48,942 bases of DNA from Octopus bimaculoides (Eukaryota): assembly GCF_001194135.2 (NCBI RefSeq), contig NC_068991.1, positions 28,319,336 through 28,368,277 of the forward strand, in the 5' to 3' direction. Positions 36,608 through 48,649 of the stretch are shown piece by piece (within the stretch, counting starts at the first letter, position 1; the number at the start of each line of letters is the position of its first letter). A program made the translations under genes and the position numbers. The notes under the pieces were generated by a model. The model was given only the letters and a program-made list of their open reading frames with translations, had not been told where the DNA came from and searched no databases.

Positions 36608-36900
36608 TATGGTACCTATAAGTATTATGAAACCAGTTAATTTTATGGTATCTATAGCCAGTATGTCTATAAGTATAATAGTACCTATAGCTGTAATGAA
36701 CTTGTAGCAATTATGGTACCTAAAACTATTGAGGCCAATGATTATTTAGGTACTTATAACTATTATGATACCTATAGTTATTACAGTACATATAAGTATA
36801 TGGACACAATAACTGTTATGATACCTATAAGCATAATGCTACCTATAACTAATAAGTTAGCTATAAGTATATGGTACTTATTAGTACGATGGTACCTCTA
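36608..36900. repeat. Degenerate ~18-bp minisatellite (TATGGTACCTATAA-like unit)
   Basis: Repeated ATG(G/A)TACCTATA words at roughly regular spacing. Confidence 0.7.
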
Positions 36901-37030
36901 ACCATAACCACAGAAGAGAGAGGATTTGATAAACTAAATCTTATTTACAGGCATCCATAACACAAGACATTAAATTGGAGGAAATTTTTATCAAATAAGA
37001 AAACAATATTATGACAAATATAAAGTGTCA

Positions 37031-37191
37031 TACATACAAAAAAGTAATATTTTGAATGCAGTATAGCCATGAAAACAACTGAAAGATTGGGCATTTTACC
37101 CTTATATGTTGAAAATATAAGGGTAAAATAACCAGTCTTTCTGCTGTTTTCATGGCTATACTGCATTTGAAATACTACTTTATTGTATGTA
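37031..37191. repeat. Foldback hairpin with ~77-bp arms and a 7-nt loop (MITE-like)
   Basis: 37041-37107 vs reverse complement of 37115-37181: 59/67 identical; extends 9/10 further to 37031/37191. Confidence 0.85.
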
Positions 37192-37366
37192 CTATATGAT
37201 ACACATTTGACTCTTTCAAAAACAAAAAATGTTTGTTTGCATATGTTGTTGCATAAATAAAGTGGTTTCATAGAAACATTTGCAGATCCAAGTTGAGAAA
37301 AATATGTTTTATCTAGGATAATAAATGCTTATCAGCATCTTTTCTCACATTCATAGTTAACATTAA

Positions 37367-37520
37367 GCATGGCTAAATGATTAAGTTTGCTTTGCAACCA
37401 CTACAACCTGGATTCAGTCCCATTGGGTCACATCTTGAGCCAAGGTCAATATCAGAGCCCTGGATCAACTTAGGCCTGATAAGTGAAATTGAGTGGATGG
37501 AAACTGTATGAAAGTCTGTC
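37367..37520 (+). mobile_element. Degenerate CORE-type SINE 5' part (family B)
   Basis: CATGGCTAAATGATTAAG...GGATTCAGTCCCA...GTGGATGGAAACTG resembles 43621-43780. Confidence 0.45.
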
Positions 37521-37919
37521 AGATAAATTGTATCTGTATTTCATAGATCCAGTCTTGTTGCACACTGTGTCATTCTAATCCTACATTAAGGTTACAAGTC
37601 TCTGTGGACTACACAGGCATTTTTTACTTTAAGTTAGCGATTAGGCCTTTCAGTTAAACTGGATGCTCATATGATGAAATCAGAATCTAAAATGCAAAAT
37701 TAAAACGTTATATAAACTTTACATAAATTTGAAATTTTGAACTCTACATGATATTTTGTACTTACGTAATATGTTTAGTGAATGAGTCATTATTTTCTTG
37801 GTTCTGTTAGAATTATGTAGATTCATCCACACAAACCGGTGACCAGTAAATTCCACCACAGAAAATTCCAACAGGTGACCATAGGTAAATTCTACCATGG
37901 TAAATTTCACCAGAGTTGA

Positions 37920-37926
37920 AATTATC

Positions 37927-37985
<59 letters not shown>
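37920..37985. repeat. (ATT)n microsatellite
   Basis: Directly visible. Confidence 0.95.
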
Positions 37986-37987
<2 letters not shown>

Positions 37988-38230
37988 GGGTTATGATATT
38001 ATGGAAATAATTAAAGAATGCATAAAAAATAATATCAATGTCAATAAATACAAATTTGTTTCGCCATTTAGCATTCAAATTAGTCAATCAAATATAACGC
38101 TTATTTATTCACATTTTTTTAATTTATCATAAGTTTGAGATTTCAATGATGCAATTGCTTATTTTTTTAATGATATTGTAGGGAAAGTGTGAGAGACTTA
38201 ATCTGGTCAGTTTGAACATAAAACAGATAG

Positions 38231-38395
38231 AACAAGAGCACCTAGAGAGTGCAAACCTCTGCCAACGCAACACCAACATCCTCTTAACGATTAACCAGAG
38301 ATGATTTTTAAAATGAGAATATCTGAAATAAACTGGAGTGCTCTCACAAACGAGAATACTAAAAACGAACCCAATCACTCTCAAACGGAAAAGTA
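38231..38395 (+). mobile_element. Possible Helentron-associated (HINE/DINE-1-like) element 5' part
   Basis: Starts AACAAGAG as DINE-1-like elements do; ends at a (TA)n tract and gap. Family call is tentative. Confidence 0.3.
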
Positions 38396-39044
38396 ATCTA
38401 TATATATATATATATANNNNNNNNNNATAGCCATGACTGAGAGGGAGTGAGAGAAAGTAATGACAATGAGAAAGACTAAAGGAGGTGGCAAAGAGAGCGT
38501 CAAATGAATGAGAAAGGAAAGGGTGATAGATGAATAACGAAGGAAGGAGTGAAAAAGCTTCTTATTTGTTGAGCCAGAAGTAAGTTCCCTTTCATAGGGA
38601 TCGATGGTAGATGGGTCAAGACAATTGTAGTGATCAATAAAGATTCTTGTACCTTCCATCTTCCATCTCTCTCATTAATTAAATACTCAACAAACATAAA
38701 ACATACTTTACCGGCAAACTACCAGATGTATACCATACGATATATTAACTAATAACATGTGTGTGTGTGTGATATGTATTTATGCATGTGTATATATATA
38801 TATTATATAGATTCAGGTGAATATGGTACTTAAGTTTAGGCACCAGAATTAAGTATGGTATTATCCATACAGTTTCAAAATAAGGTGATTAAAGTCTATA
38901 TCTTTGTGCAACTGAGGATTGCTCTGCATTTTATATGTGATGTAATGTTCACATTGCTTAATTAAATGGAATCACATGAAACGATTGTACTGCGTTAACT
39001 TTGGATATCCTTGTTGCTTATTTTGGCTATATATATATATATAT

Positions 39045-39193
39045 ATGATGGACTTCTTTCAGTTTCTGTCTGCCAAATCCAATCATAAGGCTTTGTTCAG
39101 TAAAAGACACTATCCCAAGGTGCCACACAATGGGACTGAACCCAGAACCATGTGGTTGGCAAGCAAACATTTTAACCACACAGCCACACCTAT
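39045..39193 (-). mobile_element. CORE-type SINE 5' part (family B)
   Basis: CCCAAGGTGCCAC.CA.TGGGACTGAACCC.GAACCATGTGGTTGG is the reverse complement of the 43621 head. Confidence 0.8.
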
Positions 39194-39721
39194 GAATGAC
39201 GGTGGGGGCATAAAGTTGATCATGAGAGAAAGCAATAAATGTAAGTGTACCACAAATGGTATTCAAGTTTAAGATGGACAATGAGAATATAGGTCGTCCA
39301 TGTGTCAAGGCATTATCACTCCCTTGATAAGCAGTCCTGTGTCAATTGCACTATAAATAAATGACACCATTCACACCCTACACATAAACATACAATTATA
39401 CTATTAATTACACACACTCCTTTCATATACACTGTTATTCTATCAACTATACACACCCATACTCACATATTTACAATTTTAGCTAATCAAATTTATGCAA
39501 TGTTATTTATTGCTTAGTCGTATATTTTTAAGTCCATTTCCCCCACTCTTATGAATTCTGTGAGAGAAGTGTATGAACAACAAAACTTCTAATATTTCTT
39601 CACTAAATATATAAAATATATAATAAATAACAATTATGTATTGCTTTCTAGCCCTGGAACATAGACAGAAATTTTGTGGGAGGAAGTGAGGTACAGGAAT
39701 TTTAAATGCCAATGAAATGAT

Positions 39722-39795
39722 GGTTTAAAATTTCGACACAAAGCCAGAAATTTTAAGAGTAAAGTAAATCGATTTCATTAATCCCAGTTTACTTT
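39722..39795 (-). mobile_element. Degenerate SINE 3' tail (family A)
   Basis: CACAAAGCCAGAAATTTT...TAAATCGATTTCATTAATCCCAG resembles the family A tail. Confidence 0.4.
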
Positions 39796-40789
39796 GAGAG
39801 AATTGGAACCTGGAACACAAAGAGCTGAAAGAAATGCCACTAAGCATTTTGCCTGAATCACTAACAATTCTACCTACTCATCACCTTCATATCAATGAAA
39901 TAATGAAATATAAAGGGTTTCTATCAGAATTTCATTCACATTCAGGATGTTTCATAGAAAGAATATTAATTCTACTGCAGTACTCAATAGTTGTGTATTT
40001 TATCCACCCCAGAAGAGTTAGAAGAACAAGATTCACTTTCCATGATGGAGAGTACTCTCACTGACTGTTGACCATTCATGAGAGAAAATGAACCCAACCC
40101 CCAACTTTTTCCCACACAGCAGCATAGAAAATATATATTTACATTTTTGTTTCACCCACAGAGAGACTTTCCAATATCTAAATTTATTTCAGATCTGATT
40201 CATGCTCTGTTGTGCATGAAATATATATTGTTTAGTTACTGACAAGCCATCAAAAGTACAAAATGCAGATATAGAAGCTGGAGGTTTCCAAGCAATATGT
40301 ATGTATGTATGTATGTATGTATGCATGTATGTGTTCATGCATGTATGCATATATGTCTGTCTGTATGTATATATGCATGTGTGTATGTATGTGTGTATAT
40401 CAGGTCACTCTTGAGCGCTACTGGTACCATGTAATCCAGAACAACCTGTTACATGATCAGGTCATCGGTGACTAAACTGGCAACCCCACCAAGCTTGGTG
40501 AGGAGGGTGATTGTTGGACAACTTGAAGGACAAAAAATAAGACCCGTCAAAGGGCGGAAGAACTATAGTGTAGTCAATGGCCATTCAACAACGTGTGTTT
40601 ATAGGTGTGTGTGTGTGTGCATTGTATATATTGTATTTCAAATTGTATAGGCGTATATTGTATATATTGTGTTTTGAATTGTATATATTGTATCTCAATT
40701 TTCATTTTCATTTTTACTCCATTTTATCTCAATTTTTTAATTTTTATTTCATTTTACCCTTTTTTTTTTTTTGTATGATAAATAGATGA

Positions 40790-42896
40790 GGGGTAGATGG
40801 AGCTTCTTTGTTTACCCAAGCTGTGGCAAAGGCACTCTATCTAAAAGAAGGTAACTCTGAATTTAAATACTTCACTGCTGTCTTGTAGTTAGCCTTTGAT
40901 TGGGCAAGACTAGAAGGACACTGATATAAAATCTGCAACTGAAAATGCACCTAATGATGTCGACTTGCTCTTCTTTTTGGATCATGCTTTGTAGTTTAGA
41001 GAGTGGGAATGGTTTCTGTGCAAAACTCTTCCTCACTTTAAAAAGCTTCAAGCACAGACATTGCAGGAGAAGAAAAAGAAATGAACATTTCGTATGTACA
41101 TGGTAGGCTGAAGCCTAAAAAGGCACAACGAAACAATGAAAGTTGATATTAATACTGAAGTAAATGGCAAAGAGGACTGAAACATTTTGTTCTGTGGTCT
41201 GGCCCAGTAGGTGTCCCAGGGCACCACAGCCTGGATCTGGTCATCATCCTGAAACTGTGAGTAAGCTCAGGTTAAGATGCAAGCCTAGGAATTTAGGATG
41301 TTCGAATGTTCGAACTTTCTTAGACAGTGATTGTCTGAAATCTCGTCCGGAGAGAATATTCGCACTTGTTGCAAAAGAGTTACAGCAATATGATATGGGT
41401 GTTGTAGCATTAACTGAAACAAGAATTCATGGAAAAGGGAATTTTGTAGAGAAATCTGCTGATTATCATTTATATTGGAGCTTTAGCGATGAGACTTATA
41501 AGAGAGAATCAGGAGTGGGATTTGCTATTAAAACCACTATGGTTTCAAAACTTGAGGAACTACCATGTGTTCATTCTGTCCGTTTGATATCTTTAAGACT
41601 TCCGTTAAGAAAAGGTTGATATGCAACATTCATAAATACATATGCTCCAACTATGAATTCATCAGAGGACGATAAACTTGCCTTCTATCTATCACTTACA
41701 GAGATTATACACAGTATCCCTCTTGATGACAAAGTTGTCATTTTAGGTGATTTCAATGCTTGTGTTGGTGCAGATTGGGAGACCTGGGGTGTCTTAGGAA
41801 GGCATGAGTTTGGGAGTTCCAACAATAATGGTTTACTACTATTACAAATGTACGTAGAGATAGATTTATGTGTCATGAACACAATGTTTCAACTAAAAAT
41901 TAAGTATAAAACAGCATTGATGCACCCTGGTTCTAAAAAATGGCATATTATAGATTACATTCCTCATCAGGAAACGAGATACTAGGATCTTTGCTATTGT
42001 ACGAGTGATGCATGGTGCAGAGTGCTAGACTGATCATAGCTTTTGCGTGCCAAGGTGAATTTTGTTATCAAGCCTATGGGTAGAGTAAATAACGGAAAGT
42101 TACCTAAATGGATTGATGTCAATAAACTTAAGATACCGTCAGTACACAATGAGTTTATGAGTGAGATAAATCATTTGTTCTGTGATGGAAGTGTGAAGTC
42201 ATTCAAAGAGAGAGTATATGAGGTTTGTAGTAACATTCTTGGCTTTGCTGAAAAAAGCCCACCAAGATTGGTTTGACGATAATGATGAAGAAATTAGTCT
42301 TATCTTAGAAGAGAAGCGAAAAGTATTTAACATGTTGCAAAATGTTGACATATCAGCGAATAGGACAGTGGCTACACATTTCAAGGCAGTAAAAACAACA
42401 GTACTGAGGAAGCTGGGGACGATGCAGGAAAATTGGTGAAGTGATAAATGCGATAAAATCCAAGAAGCTTCAAATGCTTTTCCAGATTTTTTACTTTTTC
42501 TTAAAAAAAGCTTATGGACCAGCTTCATCAACAATTGCGCCACTTCAAAGCAAGAATGGCACAGAATTATTAACAAATCCTAAAAATATTGTTGAGAGAT
42601 GGAAAGAGCATTTTGATGAGTTGCTCAATAGACCTACTGAAGTTGACCTCTCTTTTCTTGATAATATACCTGAGAGACCAACAAGACATCTTTTAGCAGA
42701 GTTCCAAACATAGCTGGATTAAAAGTGGCAATCAGGAAATTGAACAATGGAAAGGTCCCTGGTATGGATGTACTAGGTACAGAGATATATAAATATGGTG
42801 GTGATCATCTTTGTGCAATGTTGATGGATGTGATTTAGAGGGTTTGGCATAATGAAAAGGTTCTCCCAGATTGGCATGATGCAACTGTGGAGATAC
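40790..42896 (+). mobile_element. RTE (BovB-like) LINE, 5' UTR through APE to RT start; 3' part missing
   Basis: NVRT, VALTETR, ESGVGFAIK, YAPT, ILGDFNACVG, HPGSKKWHIIDYI, ERWKEHFDELLNRP, GKVPGMD; stops and frameshifts. Confidence 0.9.
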
Positions 42897-43259
42897 TGTA
42901 GTGAAACCTCTCTCTTGGGTATTTATTTACAAATGTGAACGTAGCGGATAACATCTAGGATTCGGCCCGCCTTGGACCCTGCTGTGTCCATCACCCTGAT
43001 TGGCTCTTATTTGCACGACATTTGTCTCCAGTTCTGTTTCGTGCCAGGGTGAACATCAACCAATCGTGGCCTTCTGATAAGGTCATGTGAGAGAGTGTTT
43101 TTCTGCTGTTTCTGGAGCCCCTTTTTCTCCATAAACAGCCCTGCTTTATCCACGCCAGTTTGTCGCGATTTTCAGGTCTGGTCGTAGATCACACACAGAA
43201 CACAGCTCCAGCCAGTTTCCAGCAACAACGTCAACACCACCGTTTTACTGTCTACTACA
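42897..43259 (-). mobile_element. Solo-LTR-like segment
   Basis: TGTAGT...ACTACA termini; minus-strand AATAAA ~25 nt from the end; abuts the RTE truncation; no TSD. Confidence 0.5.
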
Positions 43260-43379
43260 GTCTCGTCGCCAGTGCCAACACAACACCGCCAGCGTACACA
43301 CTACCAGCAGCAATTGCGGTTCCTTCTCAACACTGTTTGTGTGGATTGTTTCCACCTCGAAAGAACAGCCAGATCAACC

Positions 43380-45850
43380 TGTGAGAATCTTCTGTATTCA
43401 AGTAACCGGCTCAGCATAGAAGCCTCATCTTCATGACATGTGACTTAGCTCTGCTATTCAGCCACAACCTCTAATGTTCAGACATTCTACCTACTGTGTA
43501 ACTCTTCTATGAACTGGTATTTCTTAAATCTGCTGGAAATCAACTCTGAAGATGTGACATTACATGGTCAATAAATGTGAAGTAGTAATTTATCTTATAG
43601 AACTCTTCAGTTTCTTCATAGGCGTAGGAGTAGTTGTGTGGTAAGTAGCTTGCTTACCAACCACATGGTTCCGGGTTCAGTCCCACTGCGTGGCACCTTG
43701 GGCAAGTGTCTTGTACTATAGCCTTGGGCTGACCAAAGCCTTGTGAGTGGATTTGGTAGACGGACCTGAAAAGAAGCCCATCATATATATGTATATATAT
43801 ATATGTATGTGTGTGTGTGTGTATGTTTGTGTGTCTGTGTTTGTCCCCCCAACATCGCTTGACAACCGATGCTGGTGTGTTTACATCCCCGTAACTTAGT
43901 GGTTCGGCAAAAGAGACTGATAGATTAAGTACTAGGCTTACAAAGAATAAGCCCTGGGGTCGATTTGCTCGACTAAAAGGCGGTGCTCTAGCGTGGCCAC
44001 AGTCAAATGACTGAAACAAGTAAAAGAGTAAAAGAGAGTAAAGAGTTCCTGGCTGGGGCATTGGTTCTATGCATTTGCCTCTTCCCTGCTGATACATGCT
44101 CAGTTTCAGGCTCTTCATCAGTCCCATAATTTTCCTTCAGAAGATGAGTGGCTCTTCAATACAACTGTTTGAAAGTATCATTGTCTTGTTGGGATTTGAG
44201 CACTTCCATCAATCTTTGGCATTCTTCATATGCTTCAAAAAGATTACACTGCTTTGGCTGCAAAGCAACAGAAATTGGTCTGATGTATCCTTGGATATAC
44301 TGGATGATGGCTCCTGTCATTATAAATCCAAATTCACTCATTCTTTTCAAATATGCCTGGTCATCTGACTTTGATTTGCCAGAAGACATTATACTTATTT
44401 CTTCAAGAGCATCTTTAACTTGATCATATTTAACAAGCAAAGTACTAAGTGAGTCAACTCTTGACAACCATCTGGTTTCACAGAGAATTGGTATGCCTTG
44501 TCTTATGCAATAAATAGCTTTTCTTCATGTACCTCAAGATCACTCAACAATCCAATTAGTTCCTTCTGGGTAACTTTGGATTTCAAGATCAATTTTGTTT
44601 GGTGGCAATTGTTGAGAAAAAATCTCATATCCCTGAATGCACTCATGAAATTTCTAATAGCAGGAACATCTTGGCAGGAATTAACCACTACAAGGTTGAG
44701 GCAATGGTTTCTACAGCAGGTGAAGTATTTTACATGTGGAAGAGCATCTTTTGTGAGTTTTGACACACCACTGACATCACCAGCCATTACAGGTGCTCCA
44801 TCAAAGCCTTTTCCTTTCCACTTGCTTAAATCAACATTCCACTTCCTCAGGTTGGTCACCAGTGCCGCAGTGATTGATTGGGAATTTGTCTGTCCAAGCT
44901 GTATAAATCCAAGAAAATCTTCAGCTACCTCTTTGGTTCCCCCATTCTTGATCCTAATACAACATATACAGACTGATAACTGCTCCATTCCGAATGCAGC
45001 ACAAATTTCATCAGCCATGATGCTGAAATAGTCAGCCTTCATGGCTTCATTAATGATTTGCCTCCTGATGACCTTTGCAAGACATTCAATCAGTTGATTC
45101 TGGATAACAGGAGATAAATATGTGGCATTCTTTGGTGCATTTTCCAGAAAGGTTGCAAATTGAGGATTATCTTTTGCTTTCCACTTAATGTTGAAATTAC
45201 TGTCTTCCTCCTTCTTCTCATGGGACCAGCTTCCTCTAAGTGAAATTCCTCTTTTTGCAAGTGATTACATCAAGAATGCATAAAAGAGCTAATCTGTTTT
45301 TCTCAACTCACTGAGCATATGCTTTAGAAAGATGTTCTGTGATTGATTTCTTTTCTTCTTGGCATAGCATCAAAAATTCATCAGCTATTTTCATTGCTCC
45401 TTGGTGGTTTCTGACTTTTCATGATGAGTTAGAGACCCTCTTTCTTGACCACAGGCATTCTTCCAATCCTGGAATGGTCTGGTTACAAATTCAGGATTGC
45501 TCATATCTTGGGCAGCAAAGCAAATACACACTGAACAAAAAACTACATCCACTGACTTAGAATACCTAAGCCATGAAAACTTTTCTTCCCATGCTGAAGA
45601 ATACCTTCTGTTCTGGTGATTCTTTGGGTATGTAAACTGCTTTGGTGGCTTCCACTTCTGCTGAAGAATGGACTTGCGCTCATTATCACCCAAAGATGCT
45701 CAACTGACTAGCCCAATATCAAGTTCAGGTGAATTTTGCATTCCTTGCTCCTGAATTCCAAAGACCCTGCTTTTTAAGATGGTTTGTATTTGTAGTATTG
45801 AGATGCTAGATGTCAGAGATTCATTGCTGGTATTACTAGTTTCAGGTATA
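43380..45850 (-). pseudogene. hAT transposase (TTF-type zinc finger / DUF4371 / Tip100-ZMYM1-like), fragmented and split by a SINE
   Basis: WEEKFSWLRYS...FCSVC...F.DWKNA; FSIMADE..EQLSVC; KGFDGAPVMAG; CRNHCLNL; LCETRWLSR; beyond the SINE, TEEFYKINYYFTFIDHVMSHLQ. Confidence 0.9.
43621..44045 (+). mobile_element. Full-length CORE-type tRNA-derived SINE (family B) with internal (TA)/(TG) tract
   Basis: GGCGTAGGAGTAGTTGTGTGGTAAG head, GGTTCAGTCCC B-box, GGCACCTTGGGCAAGTGTCTT core, (AAAGAGT)n-like tail. Confidence 0.85.
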
Positions 45851-45856
45851 GAAATA

Positions 45857-46321
45857 TTATTTACATATATTTATTTGTTTGCTCGACATGTAGTTAGAGA
45901 TGTAACAATAATTGTAGTGGCAGTGACAAGTTTGCTCGCTGGTTGGTAGTTGATAGTGTTGAAGTTACTGTCTGCCAGTAGAAAGAGAAAGAGTAAGGAA
46001 TGCATGGTGCTGACTAGAAAAGAAGAAAGGATAAAGGTGACATCATCTTTCTTGCAGCCGAAAGCTTCTTTTTTGTGTCAGCTATGACCAAGGAGCATCA
46101 CTTTCCCGTCGCCTTTCGCTCGAGAAGAAAGACAATGCCACCTTTATCTTTTCATCCTTTCTAGTCAGCTCCATGCATTCCTTACTCTTTCCCTCTCTAC
46201 TGGCAGACAGTAACTTCTACACTATCAACTACCAACCAGCGAGCGAACTTGTCACTGCCACTACAGTTACTGCTGTATCTCTAACTACATGTTGGGCAAA
46301 TGAATAAATATATGTAAATAA
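45857..46321. mobile_element. Foldback (MITE-like) element with ~210-bp inverted arms, inserted at TA in the hAT 5' region
   Basis: 45851-46064 pairs with 46113-46327 around a 48-bp spacer; TA at 45855-45856 and 46322-46323; the reconstructed empty site GAAATATTTC is palindromic. Confidence 0.85.
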
Positions 46322-46849
46322 TATTTCTTCTTTTTTGGTGTTGATTCTTCGATGTTTACTGGTTGCTCCAACGCGAGAACCAAAAACAAAATAAAGTGTG
46401 TAATATGCAACACAGGCAGTAAACAAAAATGAAATAGAACAGTGTGGTGACATTTAGTAGAGATGACCCAGAAGTCGTTGTTGTATGATTACTATAGCAA
46501 ACAGCAGTAGCTTTCTTCAGCTGAATACACGTCGTTGATTGATTAAAATTACCCAAATATGACAACTTTAACACGAAATAACTTCTAAAATACGAAATTT
46601 TGTCAAAAATGTTGAAAGTAAACCATGTTCAGTGTGAGAAATTAAACCAGTATACAAAGTTTCAAACTGTTTAGATAAAAAATAATAATAACAAAAAATC
46701 TGTGAGCGAAACTGAAGAGATCCCATCTTTGTAATTTGCCCAGTACAGTAAACCTCTCACTGTCATTTGGCATTTGTCTTGATGATTCTGACTGGGAAAT
46801 ATCATGGAAAACATATAGAAAATGAAAAGTCCTTATGTGTTTTCTATTA

Positions 46850-47215
46850 AATAGATTTTTCTATGAAATAAAAAATGATCCAATTAATAAAATATCAATT
46901 AACTTTGTAGGGGACTACCCAAGGAACACACTAGTAAATTTTTCTGACATTGGGTTCAATAGTTTCAGAGAAGAAGATTGTTAAGTAATTTGTTCAAAGA
47001 ATGGTAAACAATTGCTGAATCAGCACAAGTTAAACAAACTTGATAGAGGACCAAGCCAGGTACTATCATAAAAATCTGGTCCCATTTGGGCCAACAGTTT
47101 GAGAGAAGTCCTTTGTAGAAAAAGTTGATGAACAAACAGACGATGGATGGGTCAGTAATAGATAAGGTCTGCTGACAAAAGGCCATAGAGGAGGAACACA
47201 GTTCAGTCTTTACAG
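46850..47215 (+). mobile_element. Degenerate element with two ~125-bp subrepeats, possibly HINE-like
   Basis: AACTTTGTAGGGACTACCC...AATAGTTTCAGAGAAG and AACTTTGATAGAGGACC...AACAGTTTGAGAGAAG, then an ACAGACGATGG tract. Confidence 0.35.
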
Positions 47216-47759
47216 GAAACAATTTGTTTTACCCTTTTTCAGTATATTAAGGATACTTACATGTTTGATGGTACTCGTTTGAAATAATCGCTTATTTTTG
47301 CATGTTTACAAGAAGGATCCTTCCAAGTATACATCTTGTTAAGTGTGATGTTGAGCAAATGGTTGCAATAAATACACCAGTTGCCAATCCAAAACCTCTC
47401 TTCCTCACCCAACTATGAAGAGTGTGATCTCACAGGCATTCAAAAATAGCTCCACTAAGCAATGGCCGGAATTCCCAGGTAAGCAGACAGTCATGTCTAG
47501 AAATAGCCCACAGCCAGATGGGCAAAATACTTGGGGTCAGGGAGTGTGAGAGAACATTCAATAAGTAGTCACTTTACATGCTTTAACTACCACTGTGAAA
47601 GGTCATTCATTATATTAACCTAAAACTAAATTTACTATCTAAAGTTATTATTATTTATTGTCAACTCCTTGATAAAATCAAAATAACACAAAAACAAATA
47701 TTTTAACATCCCATGATTTTCTATACTAAGCCCACTTTTATCATCGGTTAAGGAAAATT

Positions 47760-47804
47760 AGAGGAGGCAACTGCCTCCTCTGCCTCAGCCTGGCTACGGC
47801 CCTG
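47760..47804 (-). mobile_element. hAT-like terminal repeat end
   Basis: Minus strand begins CAGGGCCGTAGCCAGGCTGAGGCAGAGGAGGCAG, a hAT-type terminus; may be the 5' end of the hAT whose transposase lies at 43380-45850. Confidence 0.5.
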
Positions 47805-48649
47805 ATATGTATATTAAAATGAGGAGAATGAAGAATTTGAACATTCAAACTTTATGTTCATTTTAATATTATTCGTTCTCTTCATTCTTCTCATTTTAAT
47901 ATTGTTCTTTACACTCTAAGTAGCCAAGAAATAAACTGGAACATTGGATAAGAGCTGAAGGTGGATAACCAAAAAACAGACCATCGGAAGGAACCAGCCC
48001 TGGCATTTACTCGGAGAAATTTGATATCTGCCTGGATACCATATCCCGCCTCTTACTATATATATATGTGTGTGTGTATAATTCAAATAGAGGTTATGTT
48101 GGCCTCATCAAGGGATTGTATCATCCAAGAAAATACTGGTTAAATACTTAATATCTTTGGGAGAGGGTTAAATCCATAAAATAATAGGTTTATATATAGA
48201 CCATGGTTTATAATCATGCAAATGAAGAATAAGAAAATGGAGATATATTCTGTATATAATTTCAACAAATTCATAGGAACAAAACTTTACACAATTCTCT
48301 CCTCTCTTATATTACATTAGCTTTAAATAATAATAAATTTTAACCAATTATTCATGATAAAATTCTAACAAACTGTTAGACCTATCCAATTTCACTTGCA
48401 GTGCCATCGGGTTTGAAAAAATATCTAAAACCTCACCAACCAATTGAATTTAACTGATCTAAAGGGATATATATCACATTTTTCTTATGGGAGATGAATA
48501 ATTAATAGTGCAAACATATTTATATGTGTGCATGTGTTTATGTGTATGTGTATGCACATAAATACATATATGTGTGTGTATGTGTATATATATATATGCA
48601 TATATGTATGTATATATATATATATATATAGATATAGATACAGATATTT

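Noticed and set aside
39834-40064. 76-aa ORF as a host exon
   Set aside because: No domain resemblance or convincing splice signals.
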